Shown: in pieces, positions 29,074-38,957 of the stretch
How positions within the stretch are numbered: the first letter of the stretch is position 1
Layout of the letters: each line of letters opens with the position of its first letter
DNA from: Dehalococcoidia bacterium
GTDB taxonomy: Bacteria; Chloroflexota; Dehalococcoidia; Lucifugimonadales; VXLM01
Reading direction: 5' to 3'
Assembly (NCBI GenBank): GCA_963662435.1
Contig: OY759598.1
Coordinates: 1,892,507-1,956,506 of the forward strand
DNA length: 64,000 bases
The notes under the pieces: generated by a model
What the model was told of the DNA's origin: nothing
Databases searched by the model: none
What the model saw: only the letters and a program-made list of their open reading frames with translations
Made by a program: the position numbers and the translations under genes

Positions 29074-29700
29074 CTATCTTACTCCCTGTTCTACCGGCAT
29101 CTTCTGGCCGGATAGCACTTCATTCTCCGGTAGCTTCATCATGAGCCTGTTGCGACACTTCAGGGTGGCAGGGTGCACGAGATCGCCTCGCTCCACTCGG
29201 CGGACGATGTGCCGGTTGAGGAATTCCAGCAGGGCCATGTCCATGTCAACATTCGCGAGCTGGAGCACCTCGGCGAGGTCCGGTCTGCGCATCACCTTGT
29301 ACGGTTCCAGCTTGTCCGCGAGGAAGACGACCTTCGACACCTTCCTCATCTTGGCTTTGCCGGTCGTGTGGCACCGAACCGCTTCAATGACCTTCGAGTT
29401 TGAGATCTCTCCGTCGCGCTCCAACCACCTCGCGGCGACGGGGCCGTGGAGCATGATGGGAACTCGTTGCTCGATGGTGCCGATGGGGATGTCCAGGCGG
29501 GCAGCCTCTTTCAGAAGCGCCTTAGGCCTCATGTGACGGGCAAGATCGTGGCACGCAGCGCCAAGCTCGGATGCGTCCGCGTTTACGCCGTGTCGATCGG
29601 CCAATTCACGGGCCAGCTTCCGCGTTCGCAAGAGATGGTCGGCAATCCCCTTAGGAAGCGCGGCGGTACGTTTGGAAACTCTGGGTGGGAGCGTTTTCAA
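29074..29700 (-). CDS. yqeK: HD-domain Ap4A hydrolase (YqeK family)
   Basis: H...., CHDLAR, LHGPVAA, VRCHTTG, VFLADKLEP. Confidence 0.85.
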   Translation of the reverse strand: MKTLPPRVSKRTAALPKGIADHLLRTRKLARELADRHGVNADASELGAACHDLARHMRPKALLKEAARLDIPIGTIEQRVPIMLHGPVAARWLERDGEISNSKVIEAVRCHTTGKAKMRKVSKVVFLADKLEPYKVMRRPDLAEVLQLANVDMDMALLEFLNRHIVRRVERGDLVHPATLKCRNRLMMKLPENEVLSGQKMPVEQGVR

Positions 29701-29708
29701 GAAGCCCC

Positions 29709-30056
29709 CTACCCCATTCCCAAGCCGCGGAGGTGTGTGCCTCCCAGGACGTGCATGTGGAGATGGGGGACTTCCTGTCCGCCCTCCTCACCCTGGTTGA
29801 CTATCAGCCGATAGCCGCTCTCGGCTATTCCTTCGCTCCTCGCGGCTTCCCTGGCCGCTGAGAACATTGACGATACTATCGAGAGGTCGTCGGGGCCAAG
29901 CTCCGCGACCTTCTCAACATGACGTGTTGGTATGACGAGCAGGTGTACCGGGGCGCGGGGCGCGATGTCCCTGATGACAAAGGCGCCGTCGTCACGGTAG
30001 ACGAAGTCTCCCGGTATGTCCCCGGCGTTGATCTTACAGAATATGCAGTCACCCAT
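29709..30056 (-). CDS. Histidine triad (HIT) nucleotide-binding protein
   Basis: DCIFCKI, DIAPRAPVHLLVIP, GQEVPHLHMH. Confidence 0.95.
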   Translation of the reverse strand: MGDCIFCKINAGDIPGDFVYRDDGAFVIRDIAPRAPVHLLVIPTRHVEKVAELGPDDLSIVSSMFSAAREAARSEGIAESGYRLIVNQGEEGGQEVPHLHMHVLGGTHLRGLGMG

Positions 30057-30084
30057 AGTCCACACTCATTCTCACGATCCCCGG

Positions 30085-30627
30085 TCATCGCCCGACAAAG
30101 TGTATGAACGGTTCCAGCACGATCATCGGCAGCAGTGCAATGGCGATGATTACGGTCACTCGATTGTACGACATCCTACCGAACGCGATGTGAGTTGAAA
30201 GCGTCATGGCAGCAAACATCCATCCGGTGGACAGGAACAGGACGAGCCACCACAGGGGACCGGGCAGTGTTATCAGTTCGGGTGCGAGGAAGATCTGAAC
30301 TATGCGAGGGGCCATGGCGAAGCCGATTCCTCGCGCAAGTGGCGCGAATGCAGCCGGTGCTGAGTCCTTTGTGCTGAGCAGCGTCGTTCCCAGCCAGTAA
30401 ATGACGAACGCCGCGACAATCCACCAAATGAGGTACCCAATGGGTATGAAGAAGGTGGTCAGCAGTCCGCCAGGAGCGCGGTTGGCCACCGCGAGGGAGG
30501 AAACAAATACGACTATTGCGGCCTGGTAATTTGCCCCCTGGTCAGCATGTATCTCGGCGATGATCTGAGGGTTGAGCCTCAGTACGCCGACGACGCGCCA
30601 ATAGAAGGTCTTTAGTTTGTTCCACAT
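30085..30627 (-). CDS. YIP1-like membrane protein
   Basis: About five TMs; RLNP...EI.AD, RGIGFAMAP. Confidence 0.65.
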   Translation of the reverse strand: MWNKLKTFYWRVVGVLRLNPQIIAEIHADQGANYQAAIVVFVSSLAVANRAPGGLLTTFFIPIGYLIWWIVAAFVIYWLGTTLLSTKDSAPAAFAPLARGIGFAMAPRIVQIFLAPELITLPGPLWWLVLFLSTGWMFAAMTLSTHIAFGRMSYNRVTVIIAIALLPMIVLEPFIHFVGR

Positions 30628-30678
30628 CTCAGGCCGCTGCGAACACAGTCCGCCGGTCCGTGTTGAAGGGATTGGCGG

Positions 30679-31068
30679 CTATCGCCACTTAAGCAACTCG
30701 ATACGAGAGCCCTCGGGGGCCTTGATAAAAGCTATTACGGGACCGCCCGGAACGTCGACTGGGCCTTCCATGAGCTCTGCTCCCAACCCTCGCAGCCTCT
30801 CCACCTCGGCGGCCACGTCGTCCACCGCAATGCCGAAGTGCTCCAGTCCATAGTGGGCGCTCGGGTCGCTCGGCCCCATCTTCTCTTCGTTTCGCGCGCT
30901 GGAGATGTTCACGACGACGCCGTCCTCGGTCTCGCAACGGATGAACCTATCGCCCCACGGGCGCACCATGTCGCTCGTGATCTTGAAGTTGAATGCCTTG
31001 ACGTACCAGTCCGCAGCCACCCCCGGATCGCACGACTTTAGATGTACATGGTCAAACTTATAGCCCAT
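30679..31068 (-). CDS. VOC family protein
   Basis: FDHVHL, GLEHFGIAVDD, AFIKAPEGSRIEL. Confidence 0.88.
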   Translation of the reverse strand: MGYKFDHVHLKSCDPGVAADWYVKAFNFKITSDMVRPWGDRFIRCETEDGVVVNISSARNEEKMGPSDPSAHYGLEHFGIAVDDVAAEVERLRGLGAELMEGPVDVPGGPVIAFIKAPEGSRIELLKWR

Positions 31069-31409
31069 AGCTAAGAAATCCCCCTTCTATAGCTACATTG
31101 ATTTTGACGTTCAGCCTATGGGATACACCCTTGGGTGTCAAGCAAGTGGGAGGGTGGGAGCCCGTTGCCGAAATGCCTGTGAAACAGTTCCCCGGTGTAG
31201 GTTGTCCTGAATACGGGAATGGCGATGGGTAGCAGCGTAGGAGATGGCTCAATGCATCGAATCTGGATTCCGGCCTGCGCCCGAATGACGAGATGCGTGT
31301 TGGCCGGTTGAGGGCAAGCCTACTGCTCCCTGTCGCAAGGCGACCCTCAACTGATACAGTCTCGACAGACATTGCTAAGCAGGAATCAACTCACGGGGGA
31401 CGTAGGACC

Positions 31410-32885
31410 ATGAGGAAGCAGCGTACGATCTATTTCAACGACGCGCGGCATTTCTACCTGTTCGTGTTCGAGCCGCCTATGCGGATGGAAGACCTGTGGC
31501 GGCCCGTGGACGAGGTGGCGGGCACGGGCGTGGACACGCTGGTGTACGGGGTTGCGCGGGCGGACGGGCTGTTCTATCCGTCGAAGGCGGGCAAGTCGTT
31601 CCGCAGCGACGTGGACGAGATCGACAGCGCGATCTATTGGAAGGTGAGGCACAACATCCTGTCGCTGCAGGAGGGGGGCGTGGACATTATGCAGGCGCTT
31701 GCGGACCGCGCTCACGACCGTGGCATGGAGTTCTTCGCAAGCTTCAGGATGGGGACGTATGAGGGCGTGGGCAGCCCGGAGGCAGACCCGGCAGAGGGAG
31801 GAAGGGGTCTGGCCGACGCTGGGGCACGGGAGAACCAGCTCAGGGTCTTCGAGGAGATCGCCACACAGTACGACCTCAATGGCATCGAACTCGATTTCGG
31901 GGCAAGTCCGGGCGGGATGCCTCCCGTGCTGCTAGACGAGGACGTCGCGGAGTATACGCCGGTCCTGACCGAGCACGTGCGGCGCATCTCCGAAGTGACG
32001 CGGGACGCAGGGATGCAGTTGGGGATGCGTGTCCCCTGTATCGAGGAAGTCTGCGAAGCGCAGGGATTCGACGTGCGTTCGTGGCTCAAGGAAGGGCTTG
32101 TCGACTACCTCACGCCGATGATGTATGCGAACCTGCGGCTCGACTCGCAAATGCCAGTGGAGTGGGCGATTGAAGCGGCGCACGAGGTGGATGTGTCGGT
32201 GTACGGGATGCTTCAGCCGTTCGTCGAAGTCGGTTATCCGGGACATGGGTACGACGAGCACTACACACCGGAGATGATGCGCGCCGCCGTCTCCAACTAT
32301 CTCGCGAAGGGGACCGACGGGGTGTACGCGTGGTTCCTCGACTGGCCGCTGGGAGCGACCGAACGGGACATGCTCACGGAGATGGCCAACGCCGACCTGA
32401 TGACGGAATCCACCAAGCAGTATCGCCTGTCCCGCCGCACGGAGCCGGCGGCCGGGTTGGGCTACGACACCACCCTGCCGTTGGAGATTCCGCAGCCGGA
32501 GCCGAAGCGAAGATTCGGCATACCGGTCTTCATCGCGGACGATATCGAAGGCAAGGCCGACCGCATCAAGCGCCTGACGCTGCGGATGCGAGTCAACAAT
32601 ACCGTGACGGCGGACAGGATATCGGTCTGGCTGAACGGAGCGTCGCTTGAGAACGAGACGTTGACCAGGGAACCGGGAGCGTACGTCCGCATCCCCGTCT
32701 CACCCCACCGCATCGAGCACTACAGCGCCCAGTGGATAGAGATCGAACTTTCGTCAGTGCGCCCGAAGCAGGGCGACAACGTTGTGGAAGTGTCGCTGGA
32801 CGGGAGGCCGCCGGGATTGGGTGGCGGGATAGCGATCGACGATCTGGAGATCGTGGTCGAGTACGGCGTGTATGAGGCTGGATAA
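31410..32885 (+). CDS. Hypothetical glycoside-hydrolase-like TIM-barrel protein with C-terminal beta domain
   Basis: IYFNDA, AH..GMEFFASFRM, YDLNGIELDF, DVRSWLKEGLVDYL. Confidence 0.6.
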   Translation: MRKQRTIYFNDARHFYLFVFEPPMRMEDLWRPVDEVAGTGVDTLVYGVARADGLFYPSKAGKSFRSDVDEIDSAIYWKVRHNILSLQEGGVDIMQALADRAHDRGMEFFASFRMGTYEGVGSPEADPAEGGRGLADAGARENQLRVFEEIATQYDLNGIELDFGASPGGMPPVLLDEDVAEYTPVLTEHVRRISEVTRDAGMQLGMRVPCIEEVCEAQGFDVRSWLKEGLVDYLTPMMYANLRLDSQMPVEWAIEAAHEVDVSVYGMLQPFVEVGYPGHGYDEHYTPEMMRAAVSNYLAKGTDGVYAWFLDWPLGATERDMLTEMANADLMTESTKQYRLSRRTEPAAGLGYDTTLPLEIPQPEPKRRFGIPVFIADDIEGKADRIKRLTLRMRVNNTVTADRISVWLNGASLENETLTREPGAYVRIPVSPHRIEHYSAQWIEIELSSVRPKQGDNVVEVSLDGRPPGLGGGIAIDDLEIVVEYGVYEAG

Positions 32886-32922
32886 GATAAGATATAGACA
32901 GTTGGCCGACGGGAGAATCATC

Positions 32923-33153
32923 ATGGTGACAGATCGTATAGAAGTCGATCCGAACGTAATGTTGGGAAAGCCCGTTGTGAGGGGAACCCGCATACCCGTC
33001 GAGCTTATTCTGCGAAAACTAAGCGAAGGCGCGTCGATGAGCGACTTACTCGACGCTTATCCTCGTATGACTGTTGAGGATATCCACGCGTGTATCGGCT
33101 ACGCAGCCGACATGGTGGCACACGAAGAAACCGTACTTACTGAACGTGCCTAG
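32923..33153 (+). CDS. DUF433 antitoxin
   Basis: RIEVDPNVMLGKPVVRGTRIPV..IL..L..G..YP....DI.ACI.YA. Confidence 0.93.
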   Translation: MVTDRIEVDPNVMLGKPVVRGTRIPVELILRKLSEGASMSDLLDAYPRMTVEDIHACIGYAADMVAHEETVLTERA

Positions 33154-33177
33154 CACCTGCCTGATGAATTTAGCGAA

Positions 33178-33537
33178 GTGAAGTTTCTCGCCGATGAGAG
33201 TTGCGATTACGCCGCCGTACGTGCACTTACCGAGCTAGGACACGAGGTTCTGGCAATTGCCGACTTGTCATCAGGGGCCGATGATGAGTCCGTAATAGGT
33301 CTTGCATTGGAAGAGAGATGCGTCCTTCTGACCGAGGACAAGGACTTTGGGCAGTTCGTGTACGCTAGTGGGATGGAATCGGTCGGCGTCATTCTTCTGC
33401 GATTTCCAGCCGGTGTACGCTCCGGGCTTGGTGAGGCCGTAGCCGAATTGGTGAATCGAGAATGTCTAGACCTGATAGGACGATTCGCAGTACTGCAACC
33501 CGGAAGGGTTCGTATAAGCTTCACACCGCATAGCTGA
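33178..33537 (+). CDS. DUF5615 PIN-like toxin
   Basis: MKFLADE, L...GHEV, DDE, LLTEDKDFG, GVILLR. Confidence 0.9.
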   Translation: MKFLADESCDYAAVRALTELGHEVLAIADLSSGADDESVIGLALEERCVLLTEDKDFGQFVYASGMESVGVILLRFPAGVRSGLGEAVAELVNRECLDLIGRFAVLQPGRVRISFTPHS

Positions 33538-33575
33538 CTTCCTACGTGCCGAGACGCTAACGCCCGGTACGAATT

Positions 33576-34715
33576 CTACGTCGCCTGCTTCTGCCCCCGC
33601 GTGAACCTTGCGATCTCCTTGGCGTAGGCCTCGCGGCCCAGCACCTCTTTCTTGTTGTACATCCGGCTGGGGTTGGGAAAGAGTCGCAGGCTTCGGTCTT
33701 CCAACGGCAGCTTTACGGGCGCGTGACCTCTCCGATGCGACTCGCGGATGGCGATGGCCATTTCGAGCACCTTGCGTCCGTTGTCGCCGTTCCCCCTGGG
33801 TTCGATGTCGTGGTCAAGTGCGTCGATCATAGACTGCACGGTGGCGCGCTGGCGATTGCCCGGGTCCTCCCATCCCTCTTCGTCAATCTGGCCGAAGTTG
33901 GCGTGGACGCCCACATCGTCGGAGAAGGGACTGGCGACCTCCGTTGCGTTTATGAGCGTCGGGCGGGACTCGTCCTGGTCGTGGGTGTACATGCGGACGG
34001 TCATGTTGTCGCTGGTGAATCGACCTCGGTCGCAGAGCACCTCGAAACCGTAGCGGGCTGTGGTGCGGCGGTGGATGAACGCCTCGACTCCGTTGGTGAA
34101 CCGGATATAGCCCGCTCCTCCCTGGTCGTACTCGCTCCAAGGGTCGCTGGCCACCCATCCCGTAATCCAGTCGACGTCGGCATGGTCCGCGAAGAGTCGG
34201 ATGAGTCCGAATACCTGGCAACCGCCCCCGGAAAGTTGCGTCCCGCTCCCCTGGTAGAAGTTGATGCTTCGCACTGCACCGACCTCTCCCGCGGCTATCC
34301 TGTCCTTCGCCTCCCAGTAGTAGTGGTGGTTGCGTTCGAGATCGCCGCAGCCGAATTTGATTCCACGCTCCCTGCACGCAGCGACCATCTCGTCGGCATC
34401 GGAGAGACGCGCTGCCAGGGGCTTCTCGGTGCAGATGGCGGGCACGTTGTGGCGTACGGCACCCAGCACGACCTCCCGGTTGGAGATGACGGGCAGGACG
34501 GCCAGCACGATGTCGACGTTCTCCTTGCGGAGCATCTCGTTGTAGTCGGTATAGGCGGGTACACCGAAGCGCCGGCTGAAGAGGGCGAGGTTTTCGGGAT
34601 CGGGGTCGGAAGCCGCGACGACGACACTTCGGGAATTGAGGTTGTAGGCGCGGGCGTGCTCCGTCCCCTTCCTCCCGCAGCCGATGGCGGCGACTCGGTA
34701 CACCTTGTCGGTCAT
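33576..34715 (-). CDS. Gfo/Idh/MocA oxidoreductase
   Basis: IGCGRKG, EKPLA, AIRESHRRG. Confidence 0.9.
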   Translation of the reverse strand: MTDKVYRVAAIGCGRKGTEHARAYNLNSRSVVVAASDPDPENLALFSRRFGVPAYTDYNEMLRKENVDIVLAVLPVISNREVVLGAVRHNVPAICTEKPLAARLSDADEMVAACRERGIKFGCGDLERNHHYYWEAKDRIAAGEVGAVRSINFYQGSGTQLSGGGCQVFGLIRLFADHADVDWITGWVASDPWSEYDQGGAGYIRFTNGVEAFIHRRTTARYGFEVLCDRGRFTSDNMTVRMYTHDQDESRPTLINATEVASPFSDDVGVHANFGQIDEEGWEDPGNRQRATVQSMIDALDHDIEPRGNGDNGRKVLEMAIAIRESHRRGHAPVKLPLEDRSLRLFPNPSRMYNKKEVLGREAYAKEIARFTRGQKQAT

Positions 34716-34978
34716 GAAGCTGCCTCCTGCCGGCACAGTCTACGTGACATAGGCGAAAAGCGCATCACGAGAGGGCAGGCGGGACGAGCGAAATCGTGCT
34801 GACCTTGCGGATGTTACCCTGTTCTCGCTCAGGGAGCTGTCTGGGTTCCGGCCGTCGCCGGAAAGACGGCGTGGGGGCACCCTTCGACATGCTCAGGGTG
34901 AACGGGTCTTGGATCGCGGGAATGACGGTGAGGAACCAGGATGCTGGCTAGGTTAAGTCAGGAAGGTAAATGAAGAAG

Positions 34979-35803
34979 TCAAACGTAAACCCGGTCGTCG
35001 GGCGAACTCTTCAGCAGGCCGTCGTTGATGAGAGCATCGAGGACTTCCTCGGGGAGGTATGAACTGTCCTCCGCCGAAAGTCGTCCTGCGAGGAAACCCT
35101 CGAGTTCGGCCCGAGACAAAGAGGTATCCTCCTGTGCGAGGACGTGACGGAGCGCCTGGGTCCGGTAGGAGCGGAACGAGCCTTCGAAGGCGCTCTGGCG
35201 AGAGTGGTGTCTGCTGCGACGGTTGATGGTGCGGTCGCGGATCTCGACTGCGCCGTAGTCGAACAGGGCGTAACCCCACTCCCGGGGGTCATCGAGCCAA
35301 ACGGCCCTGCGGGCGATATCCATGACGAGGCCGTCGGGTACGTCCTCCTCACCGGGGAAGAAGAAGAAGAGGTAGACACGCCGGATGTTGGTGTCAAGGA
35401 ACGGCTCGGCGCTGCCAAACGCGAAGCAGGCGACGGCCCCTGCCGTGTAGGGTCCAATACCAGGAAGGGCACGAAGCGTGGCTGGATCCTGGGGGAACAC
35501 TCCGCCGAACTCGTGAACGATCATGCGGGCGGCGTCACGGAGTCGGAGTGCGCGGTTCCAGTAGCCGAGGCCCTGCCACATACGGAGCAGTCGAGCCTGC
35601 GAGGCATCGGCGAGGGCTTCGAGACTGGGAAACTCATGGAGGAATTCCTCGTATTTTGGGAGAACGCGGGCGACCTGCGTCTGCTGGAGCATCACCTCGG
35701 ATACGAGGATCCTGTACGGATCGCGAGTGTCCCGCCATGGCATCTCGCGGCGATTTTGACGTCCCCAATCGAGGATCAGGCGCTGGAATAGGGGGATGTC
35801 CAT
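34979..35803 (-). CDS. mutY: A/G-specific adenine glycosylase, short form
   Basis: R.MPWR, VSEVMLQQTQV, WQGLGY..RA, LPGIGPYTAGA (HhH), DTNIRRV. Confidence 0.88.
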   Translation of the reverse strand: MDIPLFQRLILDWGRQNRREMPWRDTRDPYRILVSEVMLQQTQVARVLPKYEEFLHEFPSLEALADASQARLLRMWQGLGYWNRALRLRDAARMIVHEFGGVFPQDPATLRALPGIGPYTAGAVACFAFGSAEPFLDTNIRRVYLFFFFPGEEDVPDGLVMDIARRAVWLDDPREWGYALFDYGAVEIRDRTINRRSRHHSRQSAFEGSFRSYRTQALRHVLAQEDTSLSRAELEGFLAGRLSAEDSSYLPEEVLDALINDGLLKSSPDDRVYV

Positions 35804-36026
35804 GGTGATTACACCCTATAGGCTAGGCCGAAGTGGTTGCAACGCCTTCCAAAGGGCAGGTTTGAATGTCGCTCGACTCTCACACCTCTGGATACCGGCC
35901 ATCGCCGGTATGTCGACTGGGTCAGCTTATGTTCAGGGCATTAGGAAATGCCGATTGGAGAGCTCCCTAACAATCGTGTATGAACGCGGAGTATAATCCG
36001 AGCATACCTATCGTAGGTGGGAATTC

Positions 36027-38117
36027 ATGACAGGAAACTTCGCTCACCCCGACACGCCGTTCCCCATCGGTGTCGAGTACTATCGCGGCGGGGCTCCGAA
36101 GCCGGAGTGCTGGGACGACGATTTTGCCAACATCCGAGCGGCGGGCTTCCGTATCGTTCGGAGCGCGTCGTACTGGAACTGGATGGAGCCGTCGCGGGAC
36201 GTCTACCACCTCGACGACTACGACGTAATGTTCGATCTGGCGGCCAAGCATGGGCTGTCGATGTGGCTGGACGTGATGCTGGCGACGCATGGCGCGGCGC
36301 CGGAGTGGATGACGAGAGACTACCCCGACTTTCGCGTGGTGAATCACTGGGGCCATACGTACTACTCGAACTCGCATCCGGCGTATCCGCAGGGCGGAAT
36401 GATCCACTGCTACGACCATCCCGTATGGCGCGAGCGCGGGGGCAAGCTGCTGAGACACGTGGTGGAGCGGTACAAGGACCATCCGGCCACCTTCGTATGG
36501 GGCATATGGGACGGGATCGCTCTCTCCTCTGCATGGGTCGACCAGGACGACGGGTATCCCTGCTACTGCGAGCATTCCATCGCCCGGTACATGGCCTGGC
36601 TAGAGAGAAATTTCACACTGGAAGAGTTCAACGAAAGGACGCTGAGGCGATACAGGCATTGGGAGGATGTCGAGCCTCCGCGCTCCGACAACAACGTCCT
36701 CGAAATGCTGCTGTTCAAGCAGTTCAACTACGAAAACCTCGCAGGTCACCTGCAGTGGATGATCGGCGAGGTGCGCAAGATCGACACTGTGCATGAAACG
36801 AGAACGCACGGCGGTTGGATGCCCCGTCCGTGGGACGAGACATGCGCGCGCTACGCCGACTCGTGGGGGATGTCTATGCCCTCGAACACCCTGCTCACCG
36901 GCGAGGACCCGTACAAGATCGCCGAGCGGGCCTTCGCGTTCGACTGGTCGCGGTCGATAGGCAAGGGCGGTCGCTGGTGGAATGAGGAGATCTACTCCGG
37001 CATGGCGAAGGGCGGGGTTACATGGAAGAAGCAGACCGACCCGCGTGAGCTGACGACCCTGCTCTGGATGACGCTCGCGCACGGCGCGGCAGGCTCGATG
37101 TTCTGGCAATATCGTCCGGACCACGTCGCGTTCGAGTCACCGGGCTATAATCTGGCGGCGCTGGACGGACAGCCCACTTCAAGGCTCGAAGCGGTTTCGG
37201 AGGCGATGTCTCAAATTGACGGTCTTTCAGAACACCTGCCGCTTAGCGTGCCCAAAGCCAAGGTGGCTATAGTCAACCACCAGGCGTCACACGAGTTGTT
37301 CAACATGAACGGCGAGGGGGACAGATTCCTCGCCGACCTTCGTGGGACGTACAGGACGCTGTGGTCGAACGGCATCCCATTGGACATCGTTACGCCATCC
37401 CAGGACTGGGGGGGCTATGACGTAGTGTTCCTGACAAACGTCGCGCTGATGACCGAAGAAGTGCGAGACCGTATTGCAAAGACACTAGCCGGCAGCCCAT
37501 CAGTGAAGCTCGTCGCAGAGGGCAGCTTCGGCATATACTCCGACAACGGCCTCTCCAGCTATGGCCCGCCGGAGGGACACAGCGAGACGTTTGGAGTGCG
37601 TGTGGCCGACTACTCGCGGGTGACGGAACTCGACATTTCGCGAGGCGGGCCCGAGGTGGAATCGCCGTATGGCACCCTGGCCTTCGACTCGGAGACGGGG
37701 TATGCGGTCCTCGAACCCCTGGAAGGAAGTGAGGCCATCGCCTCGATCGATGGGCAGACGGTCGCCACGCGGACGGCGGACGGCAGGCTGACATGGTACG
37801 GGTTCAGCCTTTCTGCGGGGTTCGGTGACATCGGAAGTCCCGACATCCTCTACGGAATCCTGCGCGACTGCGGCATTCAGGCTCCCGTCGCTATGGACGG
37901 CGACCACGTGATACCCGTAGTGCGCGAGTCGGCGAAGGGAGGGCCACTGCTCTTCTTGTTCAACATCGAACGTCGAGACGCGAACGTGTTTTTCGCACCG
38001 CGCTGGAACGTTGCGAGTGCGAGTGACCTGCTCAAGAGCGAGAGCCTGCCAAGAGATGGGGAATACTTTCACGCAGTCGTACCGCAGTGGGGCGTCGGCG
38101 TGATCTCCTTCGATTAG
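36027..38117 (+). CDS. GH42-like beta-galactosidase family protein
   Basis: GVEYY, W.DDF..I..AG, WNWMEP, P.WM, CYCEH, AHGA.G..FWQYR. Confidence 0.75.
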   Translation: MTGNFAHPDTPFPIGVEYYRGGAPKPECWDDDFANIRAAGFRIVRSASYWNWMEPSRDVYHLDDYDVMFDLAAKHGLSMWLDVMLATHGAAPEWMTRDYPDFRVVNHWGHTYYSNSHPAYPQGGMIHCYDHPVWRERGGKLLRHVVERYKDHPATFVWGIWDGIALSSAWVDQDDGYPCYCEHSIARYMAWLERNFTLEEFNERTLRRYRHWEDVEPPRSDNNVLEMLLFKQFNYENLAGHLQWMIGEVRKIDTVHETRTHGGWMPRPWDETCARYADSWGMSMPSNTLLTGEDPYKIAERAFAFDWSRSIGKGGRWWNEEIYSGMAKGGVTWKKQTDPRELTTLLWMTLAHGAAGSMFWQYRPDHVAFESPGYNLAALDGQPTSRLEAVSEAMSQIDGLSEHLPLSVPKAKVAIVNHQASHELFNMNGEGDRFLADLRGTYRTLWSNGIPLDIVTPSQDWGGYDVVFLTNVALMTEEVRDRIAKTLAGSPSVKLVAEGSFGIYSDNGLSSYGPPEGHSETFGVRVADYSRVTELDISRGGPEVESPYGTLAFDSETGYAVLEPLEGSEAIASIDGQTVATRTADGRLTWYGFSLSAGFGDIGSPDILYGILRDCGIQAPVAMDGDHVIPVVRESAKGGPLLFLFNIERRDANVFFAPRWNVASASDLLKSESLPRDGEYFHAVVPQWGVGVISFD

Positions 38118-38855
38118 ATGACTGACGCCGACGATCAAATGGACATCGCCACGCCTAAGAGCGTCTTCCTCACAGCCGACTGGCGCGACCTCGCCCTTGT
38201 GAACTACGAGATCGACCCGGACGTTCTCGCGCCATACGTGCCTGCTGGGACGGAGATTGACCTGTGGGAGGGACGGTGCTACGTCAGCGTCGTGGGATTG
38301 AGGTTCCTGAAGACCAAGCTGCTTGGCGTGCCGGTACCGTTCCACCGCGATTTCCCTGAGGTCAACCTTCGGTTCTACGTGCGGCGCGAGGTCGACGGAG
38401 TTCTGCGGCGTGGAGTCGTGTTCATCAAGGAGATCGTCCCGCTTCCCGCCGTCACACTGGTTGCTCGTACCGTCTACAACGAGAACTACGTCACCTTGCG
38501 AATGCGCAACGAGATCACGCCCGACTCCTATCTCTACGAATGGAATTCCAAAGGGACTTGGAACAGGTTGTCAGTGAAGACGCGCGGGGACTGGAGCGTG
38601 CCCGACCTGTCATCGGAGGCGTCATTCGTCGCCGAGCACTACTGGGGCTACGCAGCTCAGCGGGACGGCTCGGCGCTGGAATACAAGGTCGAGCACCCGC
38701 GATGGCGCATGGCCCAGGCCGATGAGGTGGACTACAAGTGCGACGTCGCCAACCTGTACGGCGAGGAGTTCGAGGAGCCTCTGAGCCGCGACCCGGTGTC
38801 GGCGTTCATGGCTGAGGGGTCGGGGGTCATCGTGCGGCGCGGGGTGCGGGTGTAG
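38118..38855 (+). CDS. DUF2071 (YqjF-like) protein
   Basis: FLTADWRDL, FPEVNLRFYV, FVAEHYWGY, VEHPRW. Confidence 0.88.
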   Translation: MTDADDQMDIATPKSVFLTADWRDLALVNYEIDPDVLAPYVPAGTEIDLWEGRCYVSVVGLRFLKTKLLGVPVPFHRDFPEVNLRFYVRREVDGVLRRGVVFIKEIVPLPAVTLVARTVYNENYVTLRMRNEITPDSYLYEWNSKGTWNRLSVKTRGDWSVPDLSSEASFVAEHYWGYAAQRDGSALEYKVEHPRWRMAQADEVDYKCDVANLYGEEFEEPLSRDPVSAFMAEGSGVIVRRGVRV

Positions 38856-38900
38856 GCCCCGTGATTAGGCAAGTGATCAGGGTAATTCGTATGTGTGATA

Positions 38901-38935
38901 TGCACAAATTGAAAGTAGTACTTTCAATTTGTGCA
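38901..38935. repeat. Perfect 35-bp palindrome, left copy
   Basis: TGCACAAATTGAAAGTA-G-TACTTTCAATTTGTGCA, 17-bp perfect arms. Confidence 0.95.
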
Positions 38936-38957
38936 GTAGTCTGGTATCCTGTTGACC

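Noticed and set aside
32923..33537. DUF433/DUF5615 pair as a novel system
   Set aside because: Well-known, widespread toxin-antitoxin-like module
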